Positions 12,395 to 27,365 are shown, counted from the first letter of the whole stretch. The stretch is DNA of 63,351 nucleotides, filler included, from Octopus bimaculoides (GCF_001194135.2; 4 parts of 4 records of this genome joined end to end with filler, not necessarily neighbours in it), one strand, 5' to 3'. The notes: generated by a model not told the origin, from the sequence alone. Program-made: numbers and translations.

Positions 12395-14493
12395 TTGATA
12401 GGAAGAAGGAAAAAGTGAGAGATGGGTAAAGTATAAGGTTTTCCTTAAAAATCCCTTCCAGTTCGTAGATGACTTTTTCGGAGATCCGAAGTGCGAGGCT
12501 GAAACTTTCAAAGGAAATAGTGTAGTGCAGAATCTTAACAGTATGCGGCAAAACTGGGAAGTAACTCCACTGGTATACACTCCATTAAATTGCCAACGTG
12601 CATGTTACCCACACCTTCCAACGTAGGAAACTAAATTGTCTTCGAAGTAAGGAAATTAATAACGAAAATTCGGACTGCATATACTCAACTCCGCTGTACA
12701 ACAACTACAATTTGTATTGAATCTCCCCACTGATACTGAGGCGGATAATACGTCTTTTACAGATGGAAGTGGATGATAAGTCTTTTACGAAAGAAGAAAC
12801 GAGTGTCCTAGCTTTGGAAATCACTGAGGGCTATTTTGTCCGAGAAGGCAAGAACTAATCAAGGGTTGATTAATGTCGAAAGATCCCCATGATAAATATC
12901 GAAGGAAAAATTAAACATTTTTATTAAAAGATATACTGAACGAAATGCTTGTTACTGAGTGCATTGACCCAAGTAACGAAAGAGGAGTGGGTCTGTGTAA
13001 CCTAGATGCTTTGAACACATATTAGTAATCACCTATTTTATTGGCGAAACGAAATGGAACAACTCACAGTAGGGCTTCATAACTACAGCACCAAATCACG
13101 AAGCAATACTGACGGCGGAGACAAGAAATTCCATCGGCATAATGCGGTAACTCCAAAGGCCACAGTAGCAAGAGAATTTCAAGGAATTAAGCCTGTAGGG
13201 CCTTTATTGTTGACATAACAGTTATAACATTATCACGGAATTGGACTGATATATAAACCCGTTGAAGAAAGTCGATGGTCACACGTTACCGACTAAATTA
13301 GAAAATAGGGAAGTTTCGAAACCTAATTATTCGTAAAGGAATGTAACAAACATTACTTTCGCATTCAAAGATCTGAAATACAAACAGTTCAGGGAAAGAT
13401 ATCCGATAACAAATTGAAATATTCTTACCAGAACCCAAAGAGCAACGGGAAATACATAGGCACGATGAACGAACAAAGAACTAGACCAGCTCAAATTAAT
13501 AAGGAATTTTGAGTTCCTCTCAAGAAAATATGGTGATTCAAGCAAGGCATTACACCCACATTGTAGTGGCTATTCCTGGTTAATGACAGACCCGAATACT
13601 CAAGTGGAGGTGTTGAGTAGTTGGAGCAGTAAATTGTTAGAAATTCCGCTCATAAATTTTATGCCTGTTAGAAGGAGAATTTAAAGTCTATAACGTATGT
13701 CCACATAGTATATTGCAACGATCTGCGGAAGAGAAATCCAGGTATGCTAACAAGATTATAAACGGTGGCAAAAAATTAAAAGACGAGGAAGCATAGAAGG
13801 AAGTTGAAATTTACTAAATGTATCAAGAGAACGTTGGAGGACCGTGTCAAGCTCGACTAAGTCACGGTAACTTCAGCTAGAAAATGGCATAACGCAAATG
13901 GCATGGAGAATATCGGCTTTACAGTGTAGAATGGGCTTAAATGAACAGATACATCACTTTTGAAAATACATGCAGTCTGTTTACAAGAGACACAGGGTGA
14001 AAAAAAATTGATGTCTGTAAGGGCTTTATGAAACGCAACACAGTTGCAGTCACTGATATAAGCTTCGTACACATAAACCCTACGTATGCACAGTTCAAAT
14101 GCACATATTTGCATAATACATACATCCAAATATATGTATATATATATATATATATATNNNNNNNNNNNNNNNNNNNNNNNNNNNNNNNNNNNNNNNNNNN
14201 NNNNNNNNNNNNNNNNNNNNNNNNNNNNNNNNNNNNNNNNNNNNNNNNNNNNNNNNNNNNNNNNNNNNNNNNNNNNNNNNNNNNNNNNNNNNNNNNNNNN
14301 NNNNNNNNNNNNNNNNNNNNNNNNNNNNNNNNNNNNNNNNNNNNNNNNNNNNNNNNNNNNNNNNNNNNNNNNNNNNNNNNNNNNNNNNNNNNNNNNNNNN
14401 NNNATATATATATATATATATATACACATATATATATGCATATGAACAGATAAACATGTACAAACACACACGTATGCTTACATATGTGTGTGT

Positions 14494-14565
<72 letters not shown>

Positions 14566-15744
14566 ACATTAAGATCATCAATACGGAATATGTAGATGAT
14601 TAAAACCCAATGATCTGTATCCAGGAATTTGTTTTCATTCAACAAAATGTTCATTAGGATTCAAAATCTAGAATCCTGCTGAAATGAGCAATGATATAGT
14701 AATTTGACATTTTATGGAGATATATGCATACACTTGCGATACTGCAGCATACCCAACTCCAAGCAGCTGAAATATGATTTGAACTAAGGAGATAAAATAG
14801 TGTAGACTAAAATATCGAATATAAATATTAAATTCAATTTGTTTAGATTTCCATAGGTTTGTCACATAGTACAATATTTACAAATTAATATCAACAACAA
14901 ATATATTTATGTATTTCTATATTGATGCTTTACGCCGAGGATCAGTGCGAGAATTATCGTAATATTTCATTCGACAACCTTTGATTTTACGAATATTTAC
15001 AATACTCCCATTGATTTCAAGTTTACATATTTTATTACAAATTTATTGTCATGCGTTTCAAACGACATAACATTCTAAAAGCTCTTAAGGTAATTACGGG
15101 TTTCTGAGTTAACATCTTTGTTCTAGTGAAATTGCTTTTGATATACATACACATAGGTGTATAAATAAATATGACCATAGCATGTCGGTTTCCATTGAAT
15201 AAGATTTTCCATTTACACGAGCACACACACACACGCACACAAACATACACAGAGAGATTATTATCGTTATGTCTTCTCCTATCCTCCTACTCCCTTCACC
15301 CATTTCGATGAGCTTCACAAGTGAAGCATATATCAAATAGGGCAGTAGCGGCAATGCTTCTGCTAAATAGCTCCATGGCAAATGACGTGTTTGTCTTACC
15401 TCTCTACGTTGCTTGAAAGTTTCCTTGTAGGCATTTTATAGGTGAAAAAATAAATTCATTTATGTGAATGATTCCAGGGTTCCTTCATTGACGTTAATTT
15501 GGAATGTGGTCCAAAATTTCCTACCATGCGCCAATTATGGAGATTGTATGTGGTCATCGATTCCCTCAGAATAGTTGATACCATCAGGTATCATATGATC
15601 CCCTTGTAATTCTTTTGTCTTTCAAACTTTTCAATACTAGTCTTCTTTTACAGTTTTGGAGCGCACGAGGTATATATATATATATATATATTCCTAAATT
15701 GTAAGCTGGTATGGTTGCACGTTTAACAGCACATCTCTTCTGAT

Positions 15745-16687
15745 TTAATTGAACGTTTTGTTGAGGATAGACAACGTGTGGAAACGTAAGAAATAGTGAC
15801 TTTTATCATGAACAATCATTACAACCACATCCACATCTTTTATATATAGCAAAAAATAACATGAATATATATGCATTTATTTTCATATTACTTGAAGCAC
15901 AAACAATCTTATGTTTCATATAATTATTAATGTTACGTTTTACTAGACACTGCAATTAGATGTGGACAGCAAAAACAACATGTATAAACATACTGCTTCA
16001 GTTGTTCACCCTATGACAAAGAAATGAATTTAACTGAAATAAATAATGAACAACCCTAAACAAGATTTTCGGGCTACATTCAAAACAATTTTAATACATC
16101 TGAAAGAACACAGTATCAACAGGGAAACGATGGGATGAATTGTATTTCCTAGACGCAGTTATAATAAGCATGACTTTATATCATTACTTATGCTTATATA
16201 GATTCACAATTAATAGACATGATTATTATCATCGTCATTATAACGATTATGTCCTTTATACTGATTATGTTTACCGTGACTGTGGTCGTGATAATTTTTT
16301 GATGTACTCCACTGCAATGCCATTAGATATCGTGTATAATTTTTTAAAAATAACTCGTGATGGTTTTCTGTGTAACGCTAAATACCACAACTTGTTTTTG
16401 TTGTTGTTGGGTCTGTTATTGTCATCTGTTACATCAAATATGGTTTCACATTCGCATTATGATTTATCACCATCCTTCGTATAATTCATATAGTCCATGG
16501 AATGGGAGAACATTTTCTCTAGGAGTTCTCAAATTGTCAACAACTTAATTATGGAAGATAAGTACAGTTATTGCTAGTATAAAAATTCTTAAAAATCTTT
16601 ACCGAAAAAATCCCTTCTTTAAAGACATGTCAAAAAAACACTCATACTTTATACACGTTGCTTATCCTCAACAAAACGTTCAATTAA
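15745..16687. mobile_element. Non-autonomous DNA transposon (MITE-like) with 35-bp terminal inverted repeats
   Basis: 15745-15779 TTAATTGAACGTTTTGTTGAGGATAGACAACGTGT matches the reverse complement of 16653-16687 (33/35). Both ends read TTAA; no coding capacity recognised. Confidence 0.7.
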
Positions 16688-16734
16688 TACAGACTGACAC
16701 AGAATATAATATGAAACCATTACTATTATCAGCA

Positions 16735-16935
16735 TTATTAGCACGTTGGATGAAATGCTTAGCGGAATATTTCTCCTGTCGCTAGGTTTTCATTTCAAAT
16801 TCCGCCGAGGTCAACTTTGCATTTCATCCTCTCGAGTTCGATAGATTAAGTACCAGTGAAATCCTGGGATCGATCTAATCGACTTATCTACTCGCTCCAA
16901 ATTTGAGGCCTCGTGCCTCCAGTAGAAAGGATTAT
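16735..16935 (+). mobile_element. tRNA-derived SINE (family A) with (ATT)n tail
   Basis: B-box-like TTCAAATTCC, central TTTCATCCT..GA..TCGATA.ATTAAGTACCAG, and tail AGTAGAAAGG(ATT)n. Confidence 0.85.
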
Positions 16936-17378
16936 TATTATTATTGTTATTATTATTATTATTATTATTGTTGTTGTTGTTGTTGTTGTTGTTGTCGTCG
17001 TCGTTGTTGTTGTTTCTACTTTTAATCTGCATGTTTTTTACAGTCACTTGCAGAGACACACCCGGTATTATTATTATCATTATTATTAACGAACATTGGA
17101 GTATCTGCACGCTGTACCGTGAAAAACAGTCGCAAGTCTTGGCGACCACATATCTTGCAAGCTGAAAGTACTTTTTCTTTTCCTTTCATGCGTTTTCTTC
17201 TTTTGTGTTCATTTCTCCCTTCAAATTTACTTTCATGACACAATTTTCAGTTTTGATCGTATGTTTCAACAAAGGGTTCACGGCATTTTCTATATACCAC
17301 CCTAAGCTGCTTTCATCTGTTTCAATACAGTTCTGGCAACTTATAATTATTATTATCATTTTTATTACTACTATTATT

Positions 17379-17431
<53 letters not shown>

Positions 17432-17477
17432 CATCATCATCATCATCATCATCATTATCATCACTATTATAATAATA

Positions 17478-17725
17478 TAAGACGGCGAGCTGGCAGAAAC
17501 GTTAGCACACAGGGCAAAATGATTAGCAGTATTTCTTCTGTCTGTGCGTTCTGAATTTAAGTTACGCCGAGGTTAATTTTACTTTTCATCATTTCAGGCT
17601 CGATAAATTAAGTACGAGTTGCGTACTGGGGTCGATCTAATCTACTGGACCCCTCCCCCCCTAATTTTGGGCCATGTGCCTAGAGTAGAAAAGAATATAA
17701 GGCGGCGAGCTGGTAGAATAGAATA
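17478..17725 (+). mobile_element. Family-A SINE followed directly by the head of a second copy
   Basis: AAGACGGCGAGCTGGCAGAAACGTTAGC head, full body, then AAGGCGGCGAGCTGGTAGAAT at 17699. Confidence 0.85.
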
Positions 17726-17884
17726 CAATTGTTCAGGAACTTTATAGGGGCACCAGGCTTTTCTGCTACTTTAACCCGTGAATTGGCTTTATCTAATGTT
17801 TTACAAAAAAAGCTATGCTACGTCGCCGCCAGAGGTAACATCAACTAACATGATATTCTAGTATTATTTGTTGTTATACCATGA

Positions 17885-18180
17885 GTTGAACTTACCTATC
17901 AATTTTTCTGGTCTTTTCTGTGCTGTTCCAGGATTTACTCCTGTATAGCGGGTAGATCCCTTTTGCATCACTCTCTACGAAGGCTTTGTACTTAGCACTG
18001 GCTCCTCTGTACACTTTAATCTCGTTTCTTTGGTTGTAGCCAGAAAACTGCATGCGGTGGATGAAGTATTGTATGTGTCTTTCCAATTCCACACGGTCGT
18101 GCAAGCAACACACATTCCTCATCACTCACACCAAGTCATAGTAGCAAGTATATACCTTTCGCTGTAAAATGTCTGCCATG
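17885..18180 (-). mobile_element. Penelope-like element (Neptune-like) RT C-terminal/linker fragment
   Basis: Translation DLV*VMRNVC...IQYFIHRMQFSGYNQR...DAKGIYPLYRSKSW resembles the RMQ(Y/F)SGY...G.RPL(Y/H)R.K.W segment of GIY-YIG PLEs (recalled, not searched). Confidence 0.55.
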
Positions 18181-18489
18181 TCCCTCAGCTGTACGGATCT
18201 ACTGCCTAGAACTTCGAATGCTTAAGATTGTTACCTTTGTTAGGCATCAGAGTTTGTGCTATTTAATAAAAACATTTATTGAAACATATATAAGGTGTTC
18301 TTGAAATAGCTCAGGCGTAGCTTCTAATTTAGCAGCAAATAATATATATAAGAGGAAAATGAAATTCATATAGCACCTCACTAAATCATCAACTGTCTCA
18401 CACTTGTACGCATGCAAATTAAAATCCTACGTTATCTTTTTTTATCGAGCTAACAAACCATTACATATGCACTCTCTCTGTCATTCTGC

Positions 18490-18520
<31 letters not shown>

Positions 18521-20049
18521 ACACACATGCGCAGACACATTTGTTTTTCCTTTCTCGGTGAATCCTTTCTTTGACCTGATTCTTTTCGTTGTATTTAGAT
18601 ATGTATTTTCCCAGGGCAGATATATAGCAAATATTCACTTCAGGAAGTACCATATTACAATAAAAGAATAGTTAAAATCAATATCGGTGTTGCTAATAAC
18701 ATAATGTAATTTTCTGCCTAAAAATAATCAATATGACGTTGATTAGATATCTCTACTTCAAATCCATGTTGGCAATCGAAACAGAACTTGATCTATTGAT
18801 GTTATAATGGGTTACTAATGATTCAAATTATCTCGTTTTGTCAAACATGTATTTGAGAAACTGTAAAGATTAAAAGTGTATTGTTAACTGAAAGACCTCA
18901 CTCAATGCTATCATTTCATTCTTAATCTTAGTTAATCATTGAAATGCATTCCATATCTGAATGAACTCCTACTTGAAAAATATTAAACACTTTCAGTAAT
19001 CATTATCTTTCTCTTCCATAAAATTTTAAACAAATCATAACACTGCATGAAATATTTTGTGCTTATTCATAAAACGTCAAGAAATCATTTACAGAAATTT
19101 CAACTGAAAGAAAATCATGTTTAAATCTATGATCTTCAAAATTCCCAATAAGAAGTTCATTTTACACTCAATGATCTCATTATATCATCTCTTTTCGAAT
19201 ATGGCATGTGTATAATAAGGTTAGACGCAAAAGCAACTAAAATAAATTTGTTGATAATTAGTTTGCGTACAAGATATCTCGAGGAGAACTTAACATCTTC
19301 ATAAAAGAAACTTGTTCTCCAGAACCTGAATTGAAAACCTGATCTACATATTATAGATGCGAATATCGAAACAACGTCAATAATTCATACAAAGAGATAG
19401 AGAAAATTTCCTGCATGTTTAACATTAACATTACGGTAATATATATGAAAGACTTGACATTATTTTATTTAGGACAGCACTCTAAATAATGATCATATTC
19501 TTACTGTTGTTTTGTGATTTCATTTATCGATGTAATATCAGGAATTAATCTCCCATGATAGAAATATATGATATCTACGACTATTAGCGTGCATGGTTAA
19601 CAGCATTATTGTACCATACTTTTTACGAAAAAAATCTCAAACGTACACTCAAGCAAGTTTTGTTATAACGTCACTGGCGAATTAGATTGGTTTCGTGATA
19701 TATGGAATATTTTCATTATTATCAGAGTATTATCACAGTATTGCTATCTATCCATATATAGAAAATTATGTGTATGTAACTATTTTGCACATTAATCTGT
19801 ATCGCTGAGCATTTGCATTGCATTTAGTTTTCAGTATTTGGCATTAGGATTTGCACATTAGTTCCACCTATATTCGTATTACTAGTTTAAAATGAAACAT
19901 CATGTAATCTTTCTACAAAATACTTGATAGAACTATGACTGTAAATTACCTACAGTTACAGAATCAGGAAATACATTACGAGATTGTTGTACAGATACTG
20001 AGGAGGAATGAATGTTTGAGCACAAATCTGGAGCAAAGAATTTCAATAT

Positions 20050-20900
20050 TATATGGAAGATTGTTTATAGAAATTTCAAAGTGAAATGGAGGATGAGATG
20101 AAACAACAAAATATAAACATCGGAGATAAGGACAGTGCAGAGAAGCATACGCAGATAAATGAAATGGAAGATGGTGTTAAAAGATTCTTACTCAAATATC
20201 TTTGGAGTATAGACAGTTTTGTACACATATTTCTTACTGAATGTATAGAAAATGAACTACCATAATGGTGGGAAAATGCTGGATTACGAGTGGAATTATC
20301 TGTTTGCAGAAACGTGCATTGGGCAAACCTTCTAAGAATGATTGAGATTTAAGGATATGTTTTGTCACCTAACCTCAAGAAACCATCCCTGGTAACCAAA
20401 AAAATCTCCTGTTATAATTATGAGATACCAATGATGACGATGATGATGATGATGATGATGATGCTGCTGCTGATGATGATGATGATGATGATGATAATAA
20501 TAATAATAATAATAGCAGTAGTAATAATAATAATAACAAATATCATAGTTGAGAAAGAAATCAAACGATGCGGGATCATAGATATAACATGCCCAGCTGA
20601 CAACAAGATATGCAATAAGGAAGAAAGAAACGTCGATAGATATAACTGGTTAGTTTGGGAGGTTAAGCAGTTTTGGTCGATGAAATAGGTGGTAGTAGTA
20701 CCAATAATTGTTGCAAACCTGGGGACAGTGAGTAAAAATATTAAGAAGTACGTGGAACGAAAAAAATAGAGGCTGCAATAAGAGTGGAGCACTTGCAGAA
20801 AATAGCACTCCTAGGAACCCCTCGAATACTCCTGATAGTGCTCGAAAAATATGGTGTGTTAACTTAGCTCACTGGTAGTAAACAGCTGACACTATAGTAC
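20050..20900 (+). mobile_element. R4/Dong-type LINE 3' fragment (restriction-like endonuclease), interrupted by (GAT)n(AAT)n
   Basis: Translation NIIVEKEIKRCGIIDITCPADNKICNKEE...YNWLVWEVKQFWSMK*VVVVPIIV..LGTV...LQKIALLGTPRIL. The 5' limit is uncertain. Confidence 0.85.
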
Positions 20901-20935
20901 ATCTCCAGCGTTAGAAGCTGTGCAGAGACAATAAC

Positions 20936-22490
<1,555 letters not shown>

Positions 22491-22499
22491 AAAGTTATA

Positions 22500-22890
22500 C
22501 TCTAGCCACATGCAGTACCAGGCAACAGCTCTCATGTATTCTGATCTTAACTGATTGGAAGTGTTATCTTGTGCATTGTTTTGTCTTGGTATAAGATTTG
22601 CCTGTCAGTTGTTTGAAATTAATTAGTTGAGCATGTCCTTTAGTGGCTGACGATATGTGCATCTCTTACCACAAGCAAAAGTAATAGGAGAGCAACATAG
22701 CCATGTGCTAACAGGAATTCTTTGAGGTTTAGATAATTCAGCTTTGGAAACATGAGTGTTTCGTTCAACATCCTTAAACGAACCGTTTTCAGGAACTTTT
22801 TGAGCGGGATTGGCCACTCGTCCTAGAGAAAATTCTAACTGGTCCCTACCAACAAGGTCATGTGCTGTTTATCTTCATATGAGATCACGC
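22500..22890. mobile_element. Unclassified dispersed repeat (family D)
   Basis: Long colinear similarity to 35582-35990 (CTTAACTGATTGGAAGTGTTATC, GACGATATGTGCATCTC, GAAACATG.GTGTTTCGTTCAACATC). Confidence 0.8.
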
Positions 22891-23058
22891 ACGTATTGTT
22901 GTCATGCATGTGTCTGGTGTACTCTTATCAGACAGGTAGTCATGATGGTTATACTGGGCTTCGTATATTTTATTCCAGTGTCACTTTGAAGGCATGCGCT
23001 GCTTTCACACTCAATAATAATAATAATAATAATAATAGTAATAATAATAATAATAATA

Positions 23059-23131
23059 AGGCACACCCAAGGCACACAGAGCTGCGCTCGGTAGTGAAGT
23101 GAAAGTACGTTATAAAAATAAAACTACTGAA
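23059..23131 (+). mobile_element. Extremely 5'-truncated R4/Dong copy (3' UTR only) inside a (TAA)n array
   Basis: 23066-23131 matches the 3' UTR at 62173-62238 at 63/66; TAA repeats on both sides. Confidence 0.9.
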
Positions 23132-23167
23132 CAATAATAATAATAATAGTAATAATCATAATAATAA

Positions 23168-23361
23168 TCCTTTCTACTATATGTGCAAATTGGGGGAAGG
23201 TACTAGTTGATTACATCGATTCCAGTACTCATCTGATACTTATTATCGAAAGGATGGAAGGCAAAGTCCATCTTGGCGGAATTTGAACTCAGAATGTAAA
23301 GACAGACGAAATGCCGCTAAGTATTTCCCCGGCGTGACAAATATTCTGCCAGCACGCCGCC

Positions 23362-23363
<2 letters not shown>
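23168..23363 (-). mobile_element. Family-A SINE flanked by (AAT)n on both sides
   Basis: Reverse-strand head AAGGCGGCGTGCTGGCAGAAT and tail AGTAGAAAGGA(TTA)n. Confidence 0.85.
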
Positions 23364-23428
<65 letters not shown>

Positions 23429-24508
23429 TAATAATAATAATGATGATGATGATGATGATGATGATGATTATGTTGATGATGATAACGAGAACGACGAAGA
23501 TGATGATAATAATGATGATGATTTATTTTTCAAATTTTTTAAGGTCAAAATTATTAGTAATGATAATAGTAATCGCTTCGTACATTGCAACGAGTCGTAC
23601 AATTTCAGGGATATCTTCTCACCGAGATAAATAAAGGAAACTTTAAGAATAGCGTTGGCAGTAATGTTTATCGAACTTATGTATCATTCTCTCATAGAAC
23701 CTGTGTGTTACAAATATTCATCGTAGTCGGCAGTATAATGATAATAAAGCTGTCAAGATATGGTCCACATCGGAACAAGAACTCTTCGCCCATATATGGT
23801 GTAAAGACACCACCACCACATATCAATAGGCCCATGATTAATAATATGATGCGCGTTATAGGAATATGATGCATAAAATCTCAGAAATTGTTTGCACAGA
23901 ACGAGACTGTACAAATAAGAAATACAGTGGTATAGAGAAAAAATAATGGTACTTTGAATACAGAAAAGTCACACATAAATACAGGAAGAAGATCCTTTCA
24001 TTCTGTATGTATATTTTATAGTGGTACATTAGAGAAAAAATGATACTAAACAGCAACATTATCGTCGTAAAATCTTTGGATCCAAAAGCGTAGATTTAAA
24101 CCAGGCATTAAAACAACATGCCAGCTAACTTAGAAAGCTACGTTTAAACAGCCAAATATATATANNNNNNNNNNNNNNNNNNNNNNNNNNNNNNNNNNNN
24201 NNNNNNNNNNNNNNNNNNNNNNNNNNNNNNNNNNNNNNNNNNNNNNNNNNNNNNNNNNNNNNNNNNNNNNNNNNNNNNNNNNNNNNNNNNNNNNNNNNNN
24301 NNNNNNNNNNNNATATATATATATATATTACGTAACTTAATATAAATAAGAAGTATCACAATAATAAATACGGGATGAAGATGTAAATCAGGATTTCCGA
24401 TCTAGCACACGGAAAGCAGAATAAATATAAAAAACGCAGCACATAAATACATAATGTTGCTCTACGATGTAACACCATACGAAAGGAACGAACTTTTTGA
24501 TGTGCATT

Positions 24509-24553
<45 letters not shown>

Positions 24554-24899
24554 GGTGAGAGAGAGAGAGAGAGAGTGTGTGTGTGTGTGTGCGTGCGCGC
24601 ATATATATGTATTTGGAAGTTAAATAAACTGAGATGGGGCAAGATAAAAAAATCAATGGACTACACTAAATGTCAGGGGATCTAATTATAAAAAAACTTA
24701 AGAAACATTAATTAATTGAAAGGCGCAAAATATAAAAATATTAAATTTTCTTAAGGCAATTAATATTAATACGCTAGCTCTACTACTACTACTAATTTAG
24801 AATCATGTATTCTGAACTATACGGTAAACAAAATAGCACTTCAGTCAGAAGACAAAGAAAATGTTGACTGCATAGAGATATTAAAATAATTTGAGACAT

Positions 24900-25760
24900 G
24901 GGATATTTTCTACAAATATTTAAAAAAAGACGTATGTAACACGAGGGCTATAATGAAATATCAACAAATATAGTACTGAAGAAAATGGGCAACTAATAAA
25001 ATAGCCACAAAGGGCCATAACAAAAGCTGATATCTTTTTGCAAAAAAAAGACATTATTTGCTTAATAGATGAAAATGTAACATACAGCTAGGGAAAGAAA
25101 CAAGAAGCAACAATCGATCACGTGAAAAGGCGACAAACTATGGCGATTATGTGGCAATGGTACACCATACTTAACCAATGGCAACACAAGCTCAAACATG
25201 GTTAATGCAGAAAGATAGAAGAGTGTATTTCAAGAAAGGAACAATCATAACCCTGAGAAACTCAAGATCTAATTTTGAATTTGACGGATACTTGATATGG
25301 CACAAATCAAAATTCACTCCACAAGAACAACCAAAAATCTCTAATGCAAAATGCTACATTTAATTTCAGAATATGTGTAGGGAAAGAATGAACATTAATT
25401 TTATTTATGAACCATTTTATTTATTGCTGTCCAATATTGGGCCAGAAGGTAATGCAGATGCCAGCGTTATGCAATTGCGACAGAATTGAGGTTTTAGAGA
25501 GATTTAACAGAAGAGATGTCTTAGAATTTCAAGTCAACCGAAGTCTGGGACGTACCAATTTAGACACACAAATACATACACAAATATATACTTAAACATC
25601 CCGATATTGTTGTTAAGAACCACCAAGAAACTCTTCTTAAAATAATCGAGCCTCTTAAAAATGAGCCATATTTGTGACGAGAAAAGAGTGACGAATGAAA
25701 TGGAATAACCTGATGTTGAAATAAATATGAAATAACTAATGGCTAATATACAAGAACCAA
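24900..25760 (+). mobile_element. Heavily decayed R4/Dong-type LINE remnant
   Basis: NHFIYCCPILGQK (compare NHIISGCPVLAKK at 61590), LDTQIHT and PDIVVKN in colinear order. Confidence 0.45.
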
Positions 25761-26388
25761 TAATACATACTATGTTATGTGTTATCCCAGATCTATCTTC
25801 GTGAAGCGTAAGCAAAGAACGTTCAAATAATCAAGGTCAATGCTAAAAGCCAATCTACTTCGAATGTGTCAGTTTATAACCGGAGATATAAGTTGGATAC
25901 TACTGAGAACGGGCGTAGCAGAGTTCTCATTAAGAACAGATTTCTGATAGACTACTATTCCCCTGAAAACTGCCATTCCCAGTCCTAAACTTCCTCGCCC
26001 TAAAAAGAACTCGTCTTCTTCTCGGTATGAAATGTCGTCGGCCAAGACGCCGATACTATTTCACCCAGTAGCAACGGCTTATTGGTTTACTTTAGGAGGA
26101 AAACTGGTTGCTGAGAAGTCAGTAGAGGCGATTATGTACACACATACACACACACACACGTATACACATACACACACACACATCTATATATATACACACA
26201 TACATGCATACATACATACGCACACACATATATATAAATACTTGCATACATACATACATACACAGACAGACAGACAGACACACACACACACACACATATA
26301 TATAGAGAGAGAGAGGGAGAGAGAGAGGGGGAGAGAGAGAGGGANNNNNNNNNNNNNNNNNNNNNNNNNNNNNNNNNNNNNNNNNNNN

Positions 26389-26400
26389 TTAATTAATTAA
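26389..26400. other. Assembly gap marker TTAATTAATTAA (artefact)
   Basis: Exactly 44 N + 12 bp + 44 N = 100 bp; identical structure at 53982 and 61453. Confidence 0.95.
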
Positions 26401-26444
26401 NNNNNNNNNNNNNNNNNNNNNNNNNNNNNNNNNNNNNNNNNNNN

Positions 26445-26499
<55 letters not shown>

Positions 26500-27179
26500 A
26501 GAGAATTATATGTATGCTTCTGAAACTATAATTCTGTATTCCTTCTTCTATGTTTAGGTTGCTGGACTTACTAAAAATTGCTACTACTCAACCTCAAACT
26601 ACATCTTACTAGTTTTTAAAAAATGGAGGACTCGCCATCCTGTAAATATATGATAAAAGACAGTCCAATCGTGGGGATCCATTATCACTTTTTTTCTTTG
26701 TTTCTTTCAGCTACTATAACTAGCTGGTCGAACGCTCACACAGAGATAATTTTGTGGCTATAGTAGTAACGGCAGAGTTCTGCGGTGACTGATAGTACAC
26801 TGCACCTGTCATAGCATGTATGTAGTATTATGCCAGTTATTTTGATATCTGCTTGATATGAAATACCAGCAAATGTATTTGAATCATCAGCAACCTGGTG
26901 CTTTGTGTAGCGACCATAGTATAGTATAGCTAGTAGTGTTGCGGTCATAATTTTGTGCTGCCACTAGCTGTCTTAGTCTGCGTTGTAGTTGCCGAAGCAA
27001 TAAGACACCAGCTCTGTCAGTAACGTTTTCAATCTAATAAACGTGCACTGATTCACCTAACTTAAGACTGATCGATCGTTCTATTATCGAATGAACTTTG
27101 AACCTTCCCTGCTACTAGTTAAAGTTCCAAGTAATGTAGCTTACTGAGTCTCTCTTGATCAGAGAAATAAGCCAAGAAA

Positions 27180-27365
27180 TCATCATCATCATCATTATTA
27201 TTTGACGTCCACTTTTCTGTGTTTCCGAGCGATGGACGGAGTTTCGTTTGAGGCAGGTTTTCTATGGCCGGATTCCCTTGTTGCCAATCTTCACCTGTTT
27301 CTGAGCAAGGCAATATTTCCCCAAGGCCAGACATGTTCTCACAGAATATTGGAAATGAATGATAC
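27180..27365 (-). mobile_element. SINE/LINE 3' tail ending GGACGTCAAA...(ATG)n, related to 60547-60650
   Basis: (CAT)n followed by TTTGACGTCCAC on +, the same terminal motif as TTTAACGTCCGC at 60572. Confidence 0.5.

Noticed and set aside
12430-13600. Possible very old non-LTR retrotransposon (FLKNPFQF, FTKEE, ALT..., FIVDI-like words in order)
   Set aside because: Motifs are too degenerate and inconsistent between clades to call without a profile search.
14740-14770. Minus-strand acceptor TTTCAG with short open frames
   Set aside because: No strong paired donor or recognisable peptide; expected by chance in AT-rich DNA.
15395-15450. Splice-like sites on both strands (G|GTAAGA on -, TTGTAG|...|GTGAAA on +)
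   Set aside because: They would define only unsupported micro-exons.
26389-26400. TTAATTAATTAA islands inside gaps (also 53982 and 61453) as a biological motif
   Set aside because: Identical 44N+12+44N geometry and stops in all six frames indicate an artificial scaffolding spacer; order and distance across these joins are uncertain.
26750-27117. Possible solo LTR (TG start, AATAAA near the end)
   Set aside because: No CA terminus, target-site duplication or second copy in the window.
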